Positions 17,422 to 26,809 of a DNA stretch of 64,000 nt are shown here, one piece after another; position 1 is the first letter of the stretch; each line of letters starts with the position of its first letter. Made by a program: the position numbers and the translations under genes. Origin of the DNA: an uncultured Acidobacteriota bacterium (lineage in GTDB: Bacteria > Acidobacteriota > Thermoanaerobaculia > Multivoradales > SZUA-115); assembly GCA_963805975.1 (NCBI GenBank), contig CAWDVR010000003.1, positions 544,001-608,000 on the forward strand, written 5' to 3'. The notes under the pieces were generated by a model. The model worked only from the letters and a program-made list of their open reading frames with translations. It did no database searches and was not told where the DNA came from.

Positions 17422-18688
17422 CTTGCTCGAAGATTACCACGGTATCACCCACCGAGATGCGGTCGAGATCGGCCAGCGCCTGGGGTGCGGCCAGGGCCTG
17501 GCCGTTGACCTGGGTGCCGTAGCTCGAGCCCAGGTCGCTGGCCACGAAGGAGCGGCCGTCCCACTCGATCTTGAAGTGCTCTTTGGAGGTTTGCGGGTCG
17601 GTGAGCAGGAAGGCGCACGAACGAGAGCGTCCGACGACGACGGCGCCGGCCGCGAAGTCGAAGCTCCGGCCGCGGTCCGGCCCCTCGGCCACGTAGAGGT
17701 GGCCGCCCGGCACCTCGTCGGCCGGGCGGCGCTTGCCGCGCGGCGCCAGCTCGAGCGTGCGGATGGGGTAGGGGATCGAGATGCCGTGCTGCTTGAACGC
17801 CTCCCAGATGCGGCTCCGGGCATCGCTCGCGATGCGCGGCACAGTCGCCATGTCCTCCACCCAGATGCGCAGCTCGTAGGTGATGGCGCTGTCGTCGAAG
17901 GAGAGCAGGAAGACCTCGGGCGTGGGGTTGTCGAGCACGCCGTCCAGGCCCTGGACGCAGTCGATCAGCACCCGCCGCACCCGGTAGGGCGGCGCCTTGT
18001 AGTCGACGCCGACCCGGATGCGCTCGAGGTGCAGCGGATGCGGCCGGTAGTAGTTGAAGAGCTGGTCCTCGGCCATCTTGGCGTTGGGGATGATCAGGTT
18101 GTCGTTGTTGCGGGTACGCAACTGGGTGGTGCGCCAGGTGATGCCGGTCACCCGCCCCTCGGTGTCCCCGATCTTGATCCAGTCGTTGATGCGGAACGGG
18201 CGCTCGGCGGCGATCACCAGGCCGGCGAAGAAGTTGGTCAGGATCGGCTGCAGCGCGAGGCCCAGGACCAGCGAGCCGACGGCGCCGCCGGCGGCGAGCG
18301 CCGTGAGCTTGGTCTCCGGGAAGATCACCCGGAAGATGACCAGGCCGATGACGAAGTAGGCGGCCCAGGTGGCGACGCCGGAGATCATGGTCGGCAGCGT
18401 GACCGCCCGCCGGACCTTCAGGTGATAGTCGAAGAAATAGAGCGCCACCAGGCGCAGGACGAGCGCCACGGGCACGAAGAGCCAGGCCCACAAGATGTAC
18501 TTGCCGAGCTCCTCGGGGTGGGGCACCACCAAGAGGCGAAAGACCTCTCCGGCAGAGGCCAGCGCGGCCAGGAAGAGCGGCGCGGAGAGCTGCCGCACCA
18601 CCTGGAAGCGACGCGCCAGGGCAAGGAGGACGACGGCGGCGACGGCCGCCACCCCGAAAGCGGCGAGAAGCGCGACGGGAGCTTGCAC
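17414..18688 (-). CDS. MscS-family mechanosensitive channel fused to a C-terminal FHA domain
   Basis: LGLALQPILTNFFAG, RPFRINDWI, ITWRTT, IIPN, FDDSAITY, GISIPYP; then VVGRSRSC...QTSKEH...DLGSSYGTQVNG. Confidence 0.92.
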   Translation of the reverse strand: MQAPVALLAAFGVAAVAAVVLLALARRFQVVRQLSAPLFLAALASAGEVFRLLVVPHPEELGKYILWAWLFVPVALVLRLVALYFFDYHLKVRRAVTLPTMISGVATWAAYFVIGLVIFRVIFPETKLTALAAGGAVGSLVLGLALQPILTNFFAGLVIAAERPFRINDWIKIGDTEGRVTGITWRTTQLRTRNNDNLIIPNAKMAEDQLFNYYRPHPLHLERIRVGVDYKAPPYRVRRVLIDCVQGLDGVLDNPTPEVFLLSFDDSAITYELRIWVEDMATVPRIASDARSRIWEAFKQHGISIPYPIRTLELAPRGKRRPADEVPGGHLYVAEGPDRGRSFDFAAGAVVVGRSRSCAFLLTDPQTSKEHFKIEWDGRSFVASDLGSSYGTQVNGQALAAPQALADLDRISVGDTVVIFEQDV

Positions 18689-18778
18689 GGAGGGATCTCT
18701 CTCGAGGGTTCAGAGGGTTGGAGTGGGCGGGAGATTAGCACGGCGCCCGGTGGTAATCGGGCAGGTAGCTCGGGCATC

Positions 18779-19204
18779 TCAGGCGTTTCCCGTGCGCTTC
18801 TGCGCCCGGGGCTTGTTGTAGAGCACCGGCTGGTCTCGAACCTTGCGCAGCACGGCATCTGCAGTGACCAGGGTGCAGTCGTAGACGCGGGCGGTCGCGG
18901 CAATGAAGCGATCCGCCGGATCGCTGGTCGGCACTTCGAGGCGCCGACTCTCGAAGGCCACCGAGAGATTGAGCGGAGCTTCCCGAAGCCCCAGACTGGC
19001 GACCGCCGCGTCGGTCCAGCGGATGGCATCCGGAGACAGGCTGATCCGGCCTCGCTCAGCGAGCAAGGCCAGCTCCCAAGCACTGATCGGCGAGAACCAG
19101 AGCTCGTTGTCGGGAGCGGCGATCTGCTCGGCAATCAGTGGGTTGAGGCGCGCCGGGTCGGCCACGGCCCAGACGAGGATGTGCGTGTCGAGCAGCAGAC
19201 GCAT
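18779..19204 (-). CDS. vapC: VapC family PIN-domain toxin
   Basis: MRLLLDTHILVW, SPISAWE, DPADRFIAATA, LVTAD. Confidence 0.92.
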   Translation of the reverse strand: MRLLLDTHILVWAVADPARLNPLIAEQIAAPDNELWFSPISAWELALLAERGRISLSPDAIRWTDAAVASLGLREAPLNLSVAFESRRLEVPTSDPADRFIAATARVYDCTLVTADAVLRKVRDQPVLYNKPRAQKRTGNA

Positions 19205-19206
19205 GC

Positions 19207-19446
19207 CTAAACCAGCGACGCCCACTCCTCGAGGGATGCGGCCGGAGCCACGATGTCGCCTTGTATGACCGTCCGATCCGAGAGAGCGCCGAGGACCCGC
19301 TTCGAGGAGGCCAGTGGTGCTGTCGGCACCACGTCGGCGACCGGCCGGCCGAAACGCGTCACCCGGACGGGCTGTCCTGTACGACGGACGCGATCCATTA
19401 CCGACAGGCAGGTCGCCTTGAACTGGGTGATCGGAATGTGATCCAT
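19207..19446 (-). CDS. Phd/YefM family antitoxin
   Basis: ITQFKATCLSVMDRV...VTRFGRPVADVVP...GDIVAP. Confidence 0.9.
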   Translation of the reverse strand: MDHIPITQFKATCLSVMDRVRRTGQPVRVTRFGRPVADVVPTAPLASSKRVLGALSDRTVIQGDIVAPAASLEEWASLV

Positions 19447-19452
19447 GGGGCG

Positions 19453-19481
19453 ACTCTAGTATGGTCAGAAAGAATGGTCAA
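19453..19481 (-). promoter_or_regulatory. Leaderless sigma70 promoter of phd-vapC with a repeated operator
   Basis: TTGACC-17 bp-TAGAGT ending 6 nt before the ATG; ATGGTCA repeated at 19461 and 19474. Confidence 0.75.
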
Positions 19482-21504
19482 TCTGGGCCGTGCCCGGCCT
19501 CGGCCAGGACGCGGAGGATGTCCTCTCCGTGCTGGCGCACGCGGGTGGGGCCCATCCCGGCCACGGCGAGGAGCGCCGCCTCGTCCCGCGGCCGGGCGGC
19601 TGCCAGGGCGCGGAGAGTGCTGTCGTGGAGGATCACGAAGGCCGGCACCTTGCTCTGCCGCGCTGCACCCAGGCGCCAGGCTCGGAGCGCCTCGACCAGC
19701 TCCGTGGCCGGCTGCGCCTCCGGCGGCGTGGTCTTCGAGGCTCGGGCCTTGCGCTTCTTCGGGACCGCCTGAGCCTCCTCGGGCAGAAGGACACCGGTGG
19801 TGGCCTCCGGGCCGCTCTGGAAGCCGAGCGGCGTGAGGCGGACGCGCTGGAAGGAGATCAGCTTGCCCTCCTTCTCGAACGAGTCGGCGGCGAGCCGTAG
19901 CAGCCCCGCCCGCACCAGCCCTCCGAGCAGCCGATCCAGCACCTTGCGGTCGAGCGCCCCCGTCTCGCCGCCCAACTGGCGGTGGAGCTGGCCGGTCGAG
20001 AGGCCGTCGCGCTCGCGCAGGCCGTCGAGGACCTGCTGCATCAGCCTGGCCTCCTGGGCGCTCGCCGGCCGGAAGTGGCGGACCGTCGAGGTCTCCGGCA
20101 CGCAGGCGTCGCACAGGCCACAGGGCGCGCCCGAGTCCTCCTCGTCGCCGAAGTGGCGCACCAGGTGCAGCATCCGGCAGCCGTGGGCATCGGCAAAGCG
20201 GAAGACGAGGTCGAGCTGCGCCAGCTTGTGGTCGCGCTGCGCGCTGTAGGGAGTCGGCCAGTCTTCGGAGCCGAGCGCGGCGTTGCCCTCCGCATCGACC
20301 ACGGCGCCGCCGTGCTGCCACAGCTTCTCCAGGGCTTTCTCGAGTACCTCCGCATCCAGTTTCAGCGCCGTGCGCAGCCGTTCCGCGGGCTGCGGCTCCG
20401 CTTCGAGCCGGCGATGGATCGATGCGAGGACCGCCGGCTCCGGGTAGTCCCGGGCATGGAAGAACTCGTGGGTGCGGCGGTCGGCCCAGGAGTAGAGCAG
20501 GATGGCCCGCGACGGCTCGCCGTCGCGCCCCGCGCGGCCGATCTCCTGGTAGTAGCCCTCGAGGCTCCCGGGCAGCCCGGTGTGAAGGACGGTGCGGACG
20601 TCCGGCTTGTCGACCCCCATGCCGAAGGCGATGGTGGCGACGATCACCTCGAGCGCGCCCGCGAGGAAGGCCGCCTGCACGCCGTCCCGCGCCGCGGCGG
20701 TCATGCCCGCGTGGTACGCCGCAGCAGCCAACGTCGGCTTGAGCCGGGCCGCCAGCTCCTCGGCCTCCTTGCGCGTGGGCGCGTAGACGATCGCCGGCCG
20801 CCGCGCCGGGCTCGGCCAGCAGCCGCTCGACGACCGCGTGGCGCTGCGCGGGGGGCAGCTCCACGACCTCGACCGCGATGTTGGTGCGCCGGAAGCCGTG
20901 GATGAAGCGGGCCGCGGGCGCGAGGCCGAGCTGCTCGACGATGTCGTTCTGCACCCGCGGCGTGGCGGTGGCGGTGAGGGCGATCACCGGCGCCGGCCGC
21001 AGCAGGGGGAGGCGCTGGCCGAGCAGCCGGTAGTCGGGCCGGAAGTCGTGGCCCCACTGGGAGATGCAGTGCGCCTCGTCGATCGCGATCAGCACCGGCT
21101 TGCGCCTGCGCCAGCAACTCCGGGAAGCCGGGAACCCCGAGGCGCTCGGGGGCGATGAAGAGGAAGTCGAGCGCGCCCGGCGAGGTAGTCCTGGCAGGCC
21201 CGGCGCGAGTCTGCGCGGTCGCGGCCGGAGTGGATGCGCTCGGCGCGGAGCCCGAGGCGCTTGAGCTTGGCGACCTGGTCCTCCATCAGCGCGATGAGCG
21301 GCGACACCACCAGCGTCGTGCCCGCCGCGGGCCAGTCCCGGGGAGCTGGTAGCAGAGCGACTTGCCGGCCCCGGTCGGCATCACCAGCAGCACGTCCCGG
21401 CCCTCGACCACCGCCCGGCAGACGGCCTCCTGGTAGGGCCGGAACGCGGGAAGCCGGAAGACCGAGCCCAGCAGCTCATGAAGGGTATCCGGCGACGTGA
21501 GCAT
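19478..21504 (-). CDS. recQ: ATP-dependent DNA helicase RecQ with HRDC domain, split by five +1 frameshifts (probably sequencing errors)
   Basis: [71 protein letters not shown], zinc-site Cys, [13 protein letters not shown], spread over several frames. Confidence 0.9.
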
Positions 21505-21577
21505 GGCCGCCATCTTACCGGGGAGCCGGTGCCTCGCTGCTAGCATCGGGCTCGCCCATGCTCGCACCACTCCTCCG

Positions 21578-22276
21578 ATGAACCAGCCTGAGCAGGGGCC
21601 GCTGCTCCCCATCCTGTTCCAGGACTCCTCGCTTGCCGTCGTCGACAAGCCGTCCGGCCTCGCCGTGCACCGGGGCGCGGCGCGCGACGCGGTGGTCGCG
21701 CTGACCCTCGCCCGCCGGCAGCTCGGCCGTTTCGTCTATCCCGTGCATCGGCTGGACCGCGCCACCAGCGGTGCCCTGGTCTTCGCCTTCGACCCCGGCA
21801 CGGCGCGCTCGCTCGGCGAGGCGTTCGCCGAGGGTCGGGTGGAGAAGAGATACCTGGCGCTGGTGCGGGGCCTCGCGCCGGAGAGCGCGGTGATCGATCA
21901 CCCGCTCCCGCGTGAGGAGGGCGGCCCGCGCGTGCCGGCGGTGACCGAGATCCGCCGGCTGGGAGTGTTCGAGCGCTACTCGCTGGTCGAGGCCCGGCCG
22001 GCCACCGGCCGCAGGCACCAGGTGCGGCGACACCTGAAGCACCTCTCGCTGCCGGTGATCGGCGACGTGCGCTACGGCAAGGGCGAGCACAACCGCCTGT
22101 TCCGCTCCCGCTTCGGCCTCCACCGCTTGGCTCTCCACGCGCTCGAGATCGGCTTCGAGCACCCCGCGGGCGGTGGCAGGCTGAGAGTCGTGGCGCCGGT
22201 GCCCGAGGACCTGGCGGCGCCGCTCCGGGTAATGGGTTTGCCCCATGAAGTAGGATTCTCAGCCATCGATGCCTGA
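21578..22276 (+). CDS. truC: RluA-family pseudouridine synthase, TruC-like
   Basis: DKPSGLAVH, catalytic [35 protein letters not shown]. Confidence 0.8.
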   Translation: MNQPEQGPLLPILFQDSSLAVVDKPSGLAVHRGAARDAVVALTLARRQLGRFVYPVHRLDRATSGALVFAFDPGTARSLGEAFAEGRVEKRYLALVRGLAPESAVIDHPLPREEGGPRVPAVTEIRRLGVFERYSLVEARPATGRRHQVRRHLKHLSLPVIGDVRYGKGEHNRLFRSRFGLHRLALHALEIGFEHPAGGGRLRVVAPVPEDLAAPLRVMGLPHEVGFSAIDA

Positions 22277-23588
22277 TCGACCCCTTGCCCCGCACGTGGC
22301 CCGCGCGCTGGGCTCGAGCCCGCCGAAGGCTCTTCCGGCGGGCGGCGGCAGTACAGCCGCCGCGTTGCAGCGTCAACCCGCTGCGCCTGCGCTGCCGCGG
22401 CCCGCCGCACACGTGGCTGCGGCGGTCACGCGAGGCCGGCTCTCGGTGCCCTCCGCCCAGGCCAAGCTCGCCGCGGTCTCGGCCGCGTCCGGGCACGAGG
22501 CGCCGGCCCGTGGAGCCCTCCCAGTCTCAGTTCCACCTCTCGCGCCGCACGTGGCGGCCGTGGTGCGGCCCTCCGTGGCTCGGAACGCGCTACGGCCGGG
22601 CGCTGCACCTCCGCTCCAGGCCAGGCCGCTGCCGGACCACGTACGGCGAGCGCTGGCTCCTCCCCCGGCCGGGCTCTTGCAGCCGATGAAGCGCCCGCGG
22701 CGCGCGGCTTCGAAGGGAGTGAACTACAGCGACGAGCAGGCGTTCGCCGTCGTCGACCGCGTGGAGCAGAAGGACCAGGAAAACTACGAGAAGAACCTGG
22801 CCGAGGTGCAAAAGGCCTACGGGCGGCTGGAGGCCAAGCGGAAGAAGCGACGGGTCGGTGACCAGGGCGAGTCGCAGACCATCTACTACGTCAAGGGCCC
22901 GGAGAAGAACCCGGAGATCCAAGAGGTGACGGCCTTCTCGGTGGACAAAGTCCGGGTCCGCGATGCCTACGAGGACGCGCAGTACGGCAGGCTCCAGCAG
23001 CAGTACTACTTCGTGCCCAGCACCTCCGGCGAGCAGTTCTTCTCGCTCCAGAGCGGGAACGACTTCGTGTTCTACAGCCTCAAGCAGCAGGAGATCGAGG
23101 TCCCGAGGCCGGACAAGAAGAAGAGGAAGCCGAAGAAGACCATCGGTTTTCGTCGCGAGGGAAACACCGGACCGTCCTACGCCGAGGTTGCCGCCACCGC
23201 CGACCTGGCGGTGCAATGGGTGCTCGACAACATCGAGGGCTACGACACCCTCAAAGACGCACGCGAGCGGGTGGGCAGCGACATCAATCGCCTGGCCGGG
23301 CGCCTGGAGCCCAGGATCGCCTATCCGGGCAAGTACCTCTGGACTCGGGCCGGTCTGAAGAGCTTCGCGTTCATCATCCGCGCCGACAAGAGCCGAGTGC
23401 CGGAGGCCACGCCCTACATCGAGAGCGTGCTCAAGGGGCGCACGAAGAGCTTCACCGAGCGTTTCGGCAACGACAAGCCGATCTACGTCGGCACCGGCTC
23501 CGGTGTGGGCAGTGGCCCCTCCCGCCTGCGCGAGCAGGCCTCCGAGGATGGCTACGACTCCGAGTACTCGGGCGACGAGAAGGACTGA
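22269..23588 (+). CDS. Hypothetical effector-like protein: PHV/xQx repeat leader plus a basic/acidic C-terminal domain
   Basis: 439-aa ORF with coding-like codon use; four P..HV units followed by a compositionally distinct domain. Confidence 0.8.
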   Translation: MPDRPLAPHVARALGSSPPKALPAGGGSTAAALQRQPAAPALPRPAAHVAAAVTRGRLSVPSAQAKLAAVSAASGHEAPARGALPVSVPPLAPHVAAVVRPSVARNALRPGAAPPLQARPLPDHVRRALAPPPAGLLQPMKRPRRAASKGVNYSDEQAFAVVDRVEQKDQENYEKNLAEVQKAYGRLEAKRKKRRVGDQGESQTIYYVKGPEKNPEIQEVTAFSVDKVRVRDAYEDAQYGRLQQQYYFVPSTSGEQFFSLQSGNDFVFYSLKQQEIEVPRPDKKKRKPKKTIGFRREGNTGPSYAEVAATADLAVQWVLDNIEGYDTLKDARERVGSDINRLAGRLEPRIAYPGKYLWTRAGLKSFAFIIRADKSRVPEATPYIESVLKGRTKSFTERFGNDKPIYVGTGSGVGSGPSRLREQASEDGYDSEYSGDEKD

Positions 23589-23672
23589 TAGCCCAGGGTG
23601 TCTTCGCCCGGCCCAGCGGATCGCGGGGCGTAGGGCGCTTCACCAAAGCTTCAGGATCGCTTCAGCCGGGTT

Positions 23673-23927
23673 TCAGCGGGCCCGAGCCTCGCCGAGCACA
23701 TCGCCGACAACACCTTCCCGCGCGTCGGTCGAGGATCTCTTGACCATGAGCTCGCTCCTGGAGTGCGACGACGACAACCAGTTCTCCGTTGGCTCGATGA
23801 AGAGATCGAGGCCTTGGGTCGCGCGTGGCCTGGCGTGGAAGGCCACGGCGTGGGCGCCGACGACGAGATACCTAACGCCATGCTCGTTGAGCGACGCGAG
23901 CAACTCTTCGTAGTCGCGGGACGGCAT
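23673..23927 (-). pseudogene. Truncated nucleotidyltransferase (TA-type)
   Basis: DYEELLASLNEHGVRYLVVGAHAVAFHARPRATQGLDLFI; expected DxD reads GLD; similarity is lost after about 50 aa. Confidence 0.7.
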
Positions 23928-24039
23928 CGATCCCTCGCGTCTTCAGGCAAGAGAGCAGGCAATCTTCGACGGCACGTACGCGCGCTTCGGGGCCCAAACC
24001 TTCGTAGCAGAACCGGAAGTCGGCTTCGGCGGCCCCCCG
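23872..24039 (-). pseudogene. 5'-truncated small partner gene of the nucleotidyltransferase
   Basis: Open frame AAEADFRFCYEGLGPEARVRAVEDCLLSCLKTRGIDAVPRLRRVARVAQRAWR* begins right after the peptidase stop without a suitable start and overlaps the NTase start. Confidence 0.5.
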
Positions 24040-26754
24040 TCAGCGGGGAGAGGGGCTCTCCAGCAGCACCCGGAACCCGCGGTACTCCTCGCCTGCCTCG
24101 CCGGAGCCCTTGGCGTCGGCCGGGCGGTCGGCGCTGCCGCCCAGGAGCTTGGGTTTCCCGTCGGTGCCCCGCACCCACTCCGCGGCGTTGCCCCCGAGGT
24201 CGAAGACGGGCGGCTCGCCTGTCTGGTCCGAGCGTCCGACCTCGGCGAGCAGCGGGCCGACCTCCGGCAGGTTGCGGGTCTCGAAGCGCAGCGCCTGGGC
24301 CTCGGCCGGGGTCGGCGGATAGCCCGCCCAGCGATCGAGCGTGTTGGCGCCTGCCGCGCTGTCGTAGAACGAGCCGACCTCGCTCTCTTTGGGCAGGCGG
24401 AAGGTCAGCTTGAGCTTTTCGGAGAGCCAGGCCGTGTAGCGCTCGGCCTGCTCCGCGCTCAGGCCCGTCACCGGAAAGTCGTCGGTGCCGACCGGGACCG
24501 GATAGGCCGGGTCGAAGGCCGCGTACTGCGCGCGCGTCACCTCGAAGCGGCCGAGCTTGATCCCGCGGAAGGTCACCATCTCGGGGGTGAGGATCCCCGC
24601 CGCCGTCACTCCCAGGCGGGCCCCGGAGCGGGCCACGCGGCTCCTCGCCAGGAGCCGGGCGAGCGGCGAGCCGGGCTCGAGCGCCTCGCTCGCCGAGGGC
24701 GCGGCGTCGAAGAGATAGCGGTCGAACCAGGCGAGGTCCTCTTCCACCTTGCGTCGCTGGTGGGCGAGCTGGCCCAGGCCGTGCGGCTCGCCGGGGAAGA
24801 GCACCAGCCGCACCGGCGCCCTGCCGAGCTGCTGCAGGGCGCGGAACAGCGACCAGCTCTGCGACGGCGGCACGTTCCGGTCCTCGGTGCCGGTGTAGAC
24901 GATGGTCGGCGTCTGCACCTCGCCGAGGCGAAAGAAGGGCGATTTCTCGATGTAGAGCCCGGGGTTCTCGAGCGGCGAGGCGCCGAAGTAGTAGTTGTCG
25001 AAGGAGGCGCCGAAGTCCACGTTGCCCCAGTCGCTGATCCACTCGACGTCGGCGGCGCCGATCGACGCCGCGCGGTAGCGCTTGCTGCGCGTGATGAGCT
25101 CGACCGAAAGGATGCCGCCGTTCGACCAGCCGAGGGTGCCCAGGCGCTTCTGGTCCACCAGGCCCCGCGCCACCAGGTGATCGACCCCGGCCTCGAGGTC
25201 GGGGATCTCGAGGTCGTAGTAGTGGCCGGCGATCGACTCCACCCAGGCGAGGCCGTAGTCGCTCGAGCCGTGGTAGTTCACCTCGAGCACGAAGGCGCCC
25301 TTCTGCTGCAGGAGCAGCATGGGCTTCGAGACGCGGTCGTTCCAGGCGTCGTGGTCGGCGGCGGCCGGGCCGCCGTGGATGGCGAGCACCAGGGGCCGCC
25401 GCTCGCCCGGCCGGTAGTCCGTGGGGTACCGGAGGATGCCCTCCACCTCCTCGCCGCGGGCGCCGGGGTAGCGCACGATCTCGGCGGCGGGCAGCGGCTT
25501 GCCGTCGTAGCGCCGGTTGAGGCGCGTGAGCTGGGCGGGGCCTTCGATCTTCGCCCCGGAGAGCCGGGCCCGGAACCACTGCGCCGGGACGTTGGCCTTC
25601 GAGTGCTGGTAGACCAGGCTCGTGCCGTCCGCCGCCACCGCCCAGTCCCACAAGTTGCGGGCGTGCGCGCCTTCGAGGAAGGCGCGGCGCCAGCCGCCGC
25701 CGGCGCGCGTGTAGCGCGCCGGCTTCGAGTAGACGCCGTCCGCCAGCAGGGCGAGGAAACCGTCGCGGGTGGGCGCCACCTGGGAAGCGAGGCCGCGCTC
25801 CCAGTCGAGCGCCACCTCGGCGCTCTTCCCGGCCGCGAGGTCGAAGTGGTGGAGCCGGCTGACCGTGGCGGTGAAGTACTGCGGGTGGCTCGAAAAGCCG
25901 GTCGTGAAGTAGAAGCCCTTGCTGTCGGGCTGCCAGGCGACCGAGGTGGGGAAGAGCCGCCCCTCGAGGATGCGCCGCGCCTCTCCCGTCGCGAGGTCGT
26001 GGAGGAAGGCCTGCGGCACCACCGCGTGGTCGAAGGCGAAGGACAGGCTCTGCTGATGGAGGGCCACGGCCCAGCGGCCGTCCGGCGAGACCTCCAGGAG
26101 CTGGATCCAGTCCCGGTTCTCGGTCAGGCGCTCGACCTTGCCGCTCTCGACCGCCAGCCGGAAGAGACGCACCGGGGGCTGGCGCTCGCGGTCCTCCACC
26201 ACCTGCGTGGTGTCCTTTTTCTTCTCCCGGTCGCGCTCCAGGCGGGTGGGGTCCTCCTCGGCGGCGAAGACGACATGGTCGGGGTCCTGCCAGCCGTAGC
26301 CAACGATGCCTCGGGCCAGGCTGGTGACGCACCAGGGCTCGCCGCCGGCGAGCGACAGCAGCCAGAGCTGGCTCTTGGCGAGCTCGTCGCCCTCGTCCTT
26401 CTTGGCCTCGGGCCGCGGCCGGTCGGAGAGGAAGGCGAGGCGCTGGCCGTCCGGCGAGAACTGAGGGTCGGTGTTGCGGTCACGCCCGCGGGTGAGCTGG
26501 AGCGGCTCCGCCGCGCCGCCGTCCAGGCGCGAGAGGAAGAGGTTCGAGGCCCGCCGTCCCTTCTCCTCGTCCATCGCCGCCTTCACCCACACGGCGAGCT
26601 TGCCGTCCGGTGACAGGCGCATCGTCTCGACGGTCTCGGCGAGCAGCAGGTCGTCCGCGGTCCACGCCGTCGCCGTCGCCAGCGGCGGGGGCGCGGCGAG
26701 GCTCTGGGAACCAAAGACCAGGGCAAAGAGCAGGGCGAGGCGGGTTCGCGGCAT
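24040..26754 (-). CDS. Secreted S9 prolyl oligopeptidase/DPP-type peptidase with C-terminal FGE-sulfatase (SUMF1-like) domain
   Basis: Signal peptide, PD40-like SPDG repeats, HGGP, GWSNGG, EDRNVP, GEPHG; then EVTRAQY, RLPKESE, DLGGNAAEW, GFRV. Confidence 0.92.
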   Translation of the reverse strand: MPRTRLALLFALVFGSQSLAAPPPLATATAWTADDLLLAETVETMRLSPDGKLAVWVKAAMDEEKGRRASNLFLSRLDGGAAEPLQLTRGRDRNTDPQFSPDGQRLAFLSDRPRPEAKKDEGDELAKSQLWLLSLAGGEPWCVTSLARGIVGYGWQDPDHVVFAAEEDPTRLERDREKKKDTTQVVEDRERQPPVRLFRLAVESGKVERLTENRDWIQLLEVSPDGRWAVALHQQSLSFAFDHAVVPQAFLHDLATGEARRILEGRLFPTSVAWQPDSKGFYFTTGFSSHPQYFTATVSRLHHFDLAAGKSAEVALDWERGLASQVAPTRDGFLALLADGVYSKPARYTRAGGGWRRAFLEGAHARNLWDWAVAADGTSLVYQHSKANVPAQWFRARLSGAKIEGPAQLTRLNRRYDGKPLPAAEIVRYPGARGEEVEGILRYPTDYRPGERRPLVLAIHGGPAAADHDAWNDRVSKPMLLLQQKGAFVLEVNYHGSSDYGLAWVESIAGHYYDLEIPDLEAGVDHLVARGLVDQKRLGTLGWSNGGILSVELITRSKRYRAASIGAADVEWISDWGNVDFGASFDNYYFGASPLENPGLYIEKSPFFRLGEVQTPTIVYTGTEDRNVPPSQSWSLFRALQQLGRAPVRLVLFPGEPHGLGQLAHQRRKVEEDLAWFDRYLFDAAPSASEALEPGSPLARLLARSRVARSGARLGVTAAGILTPEMVTFRGIKLGRFEVTRAQYAAFDPAYPVPVGTDDFPVTGLSAEQAERYTAWLSEKLKLTFRLPKESEVGSFYDSAAGANTLDRWAGYPPTPAEAQALRFETRNLPEVGPLLAEVGRSDQTGEPPVFDLGGNAAEWVRGTDGKPKLLGGSADRPADAKGSGEAGEEYRGFRVLLESPSPR

Positions 26755-26764
26755 GGATGAGCTC

Positions 26765-26786
26765 TCCTCCGGCGGCGGATTCTATG
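26765..26786 (-). repeat. 22-bp direct repeat, copy 1 (-10 box + leader + SD)
   Basis: tcctccggcggcggattctatg, identical to 29952-29973. Confidence 0.85.
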
Positions 26787-26809
26787 ACGACTGTCGTAGG
26801 ACCCCGGCC

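Noticed and set aside
19478-21504. Programmed frameshifting or pseudogenisation of recQ
   Set aside because: Clustered +1 homopolymer expansions with no slippery-site pattern and no other decay fit sequencing error better
24040-24200. Diversity-generating retroelement target (FGE domain ending in GFRV)
   Set aside because: I found no template repeat or reverse transcriptase in the window
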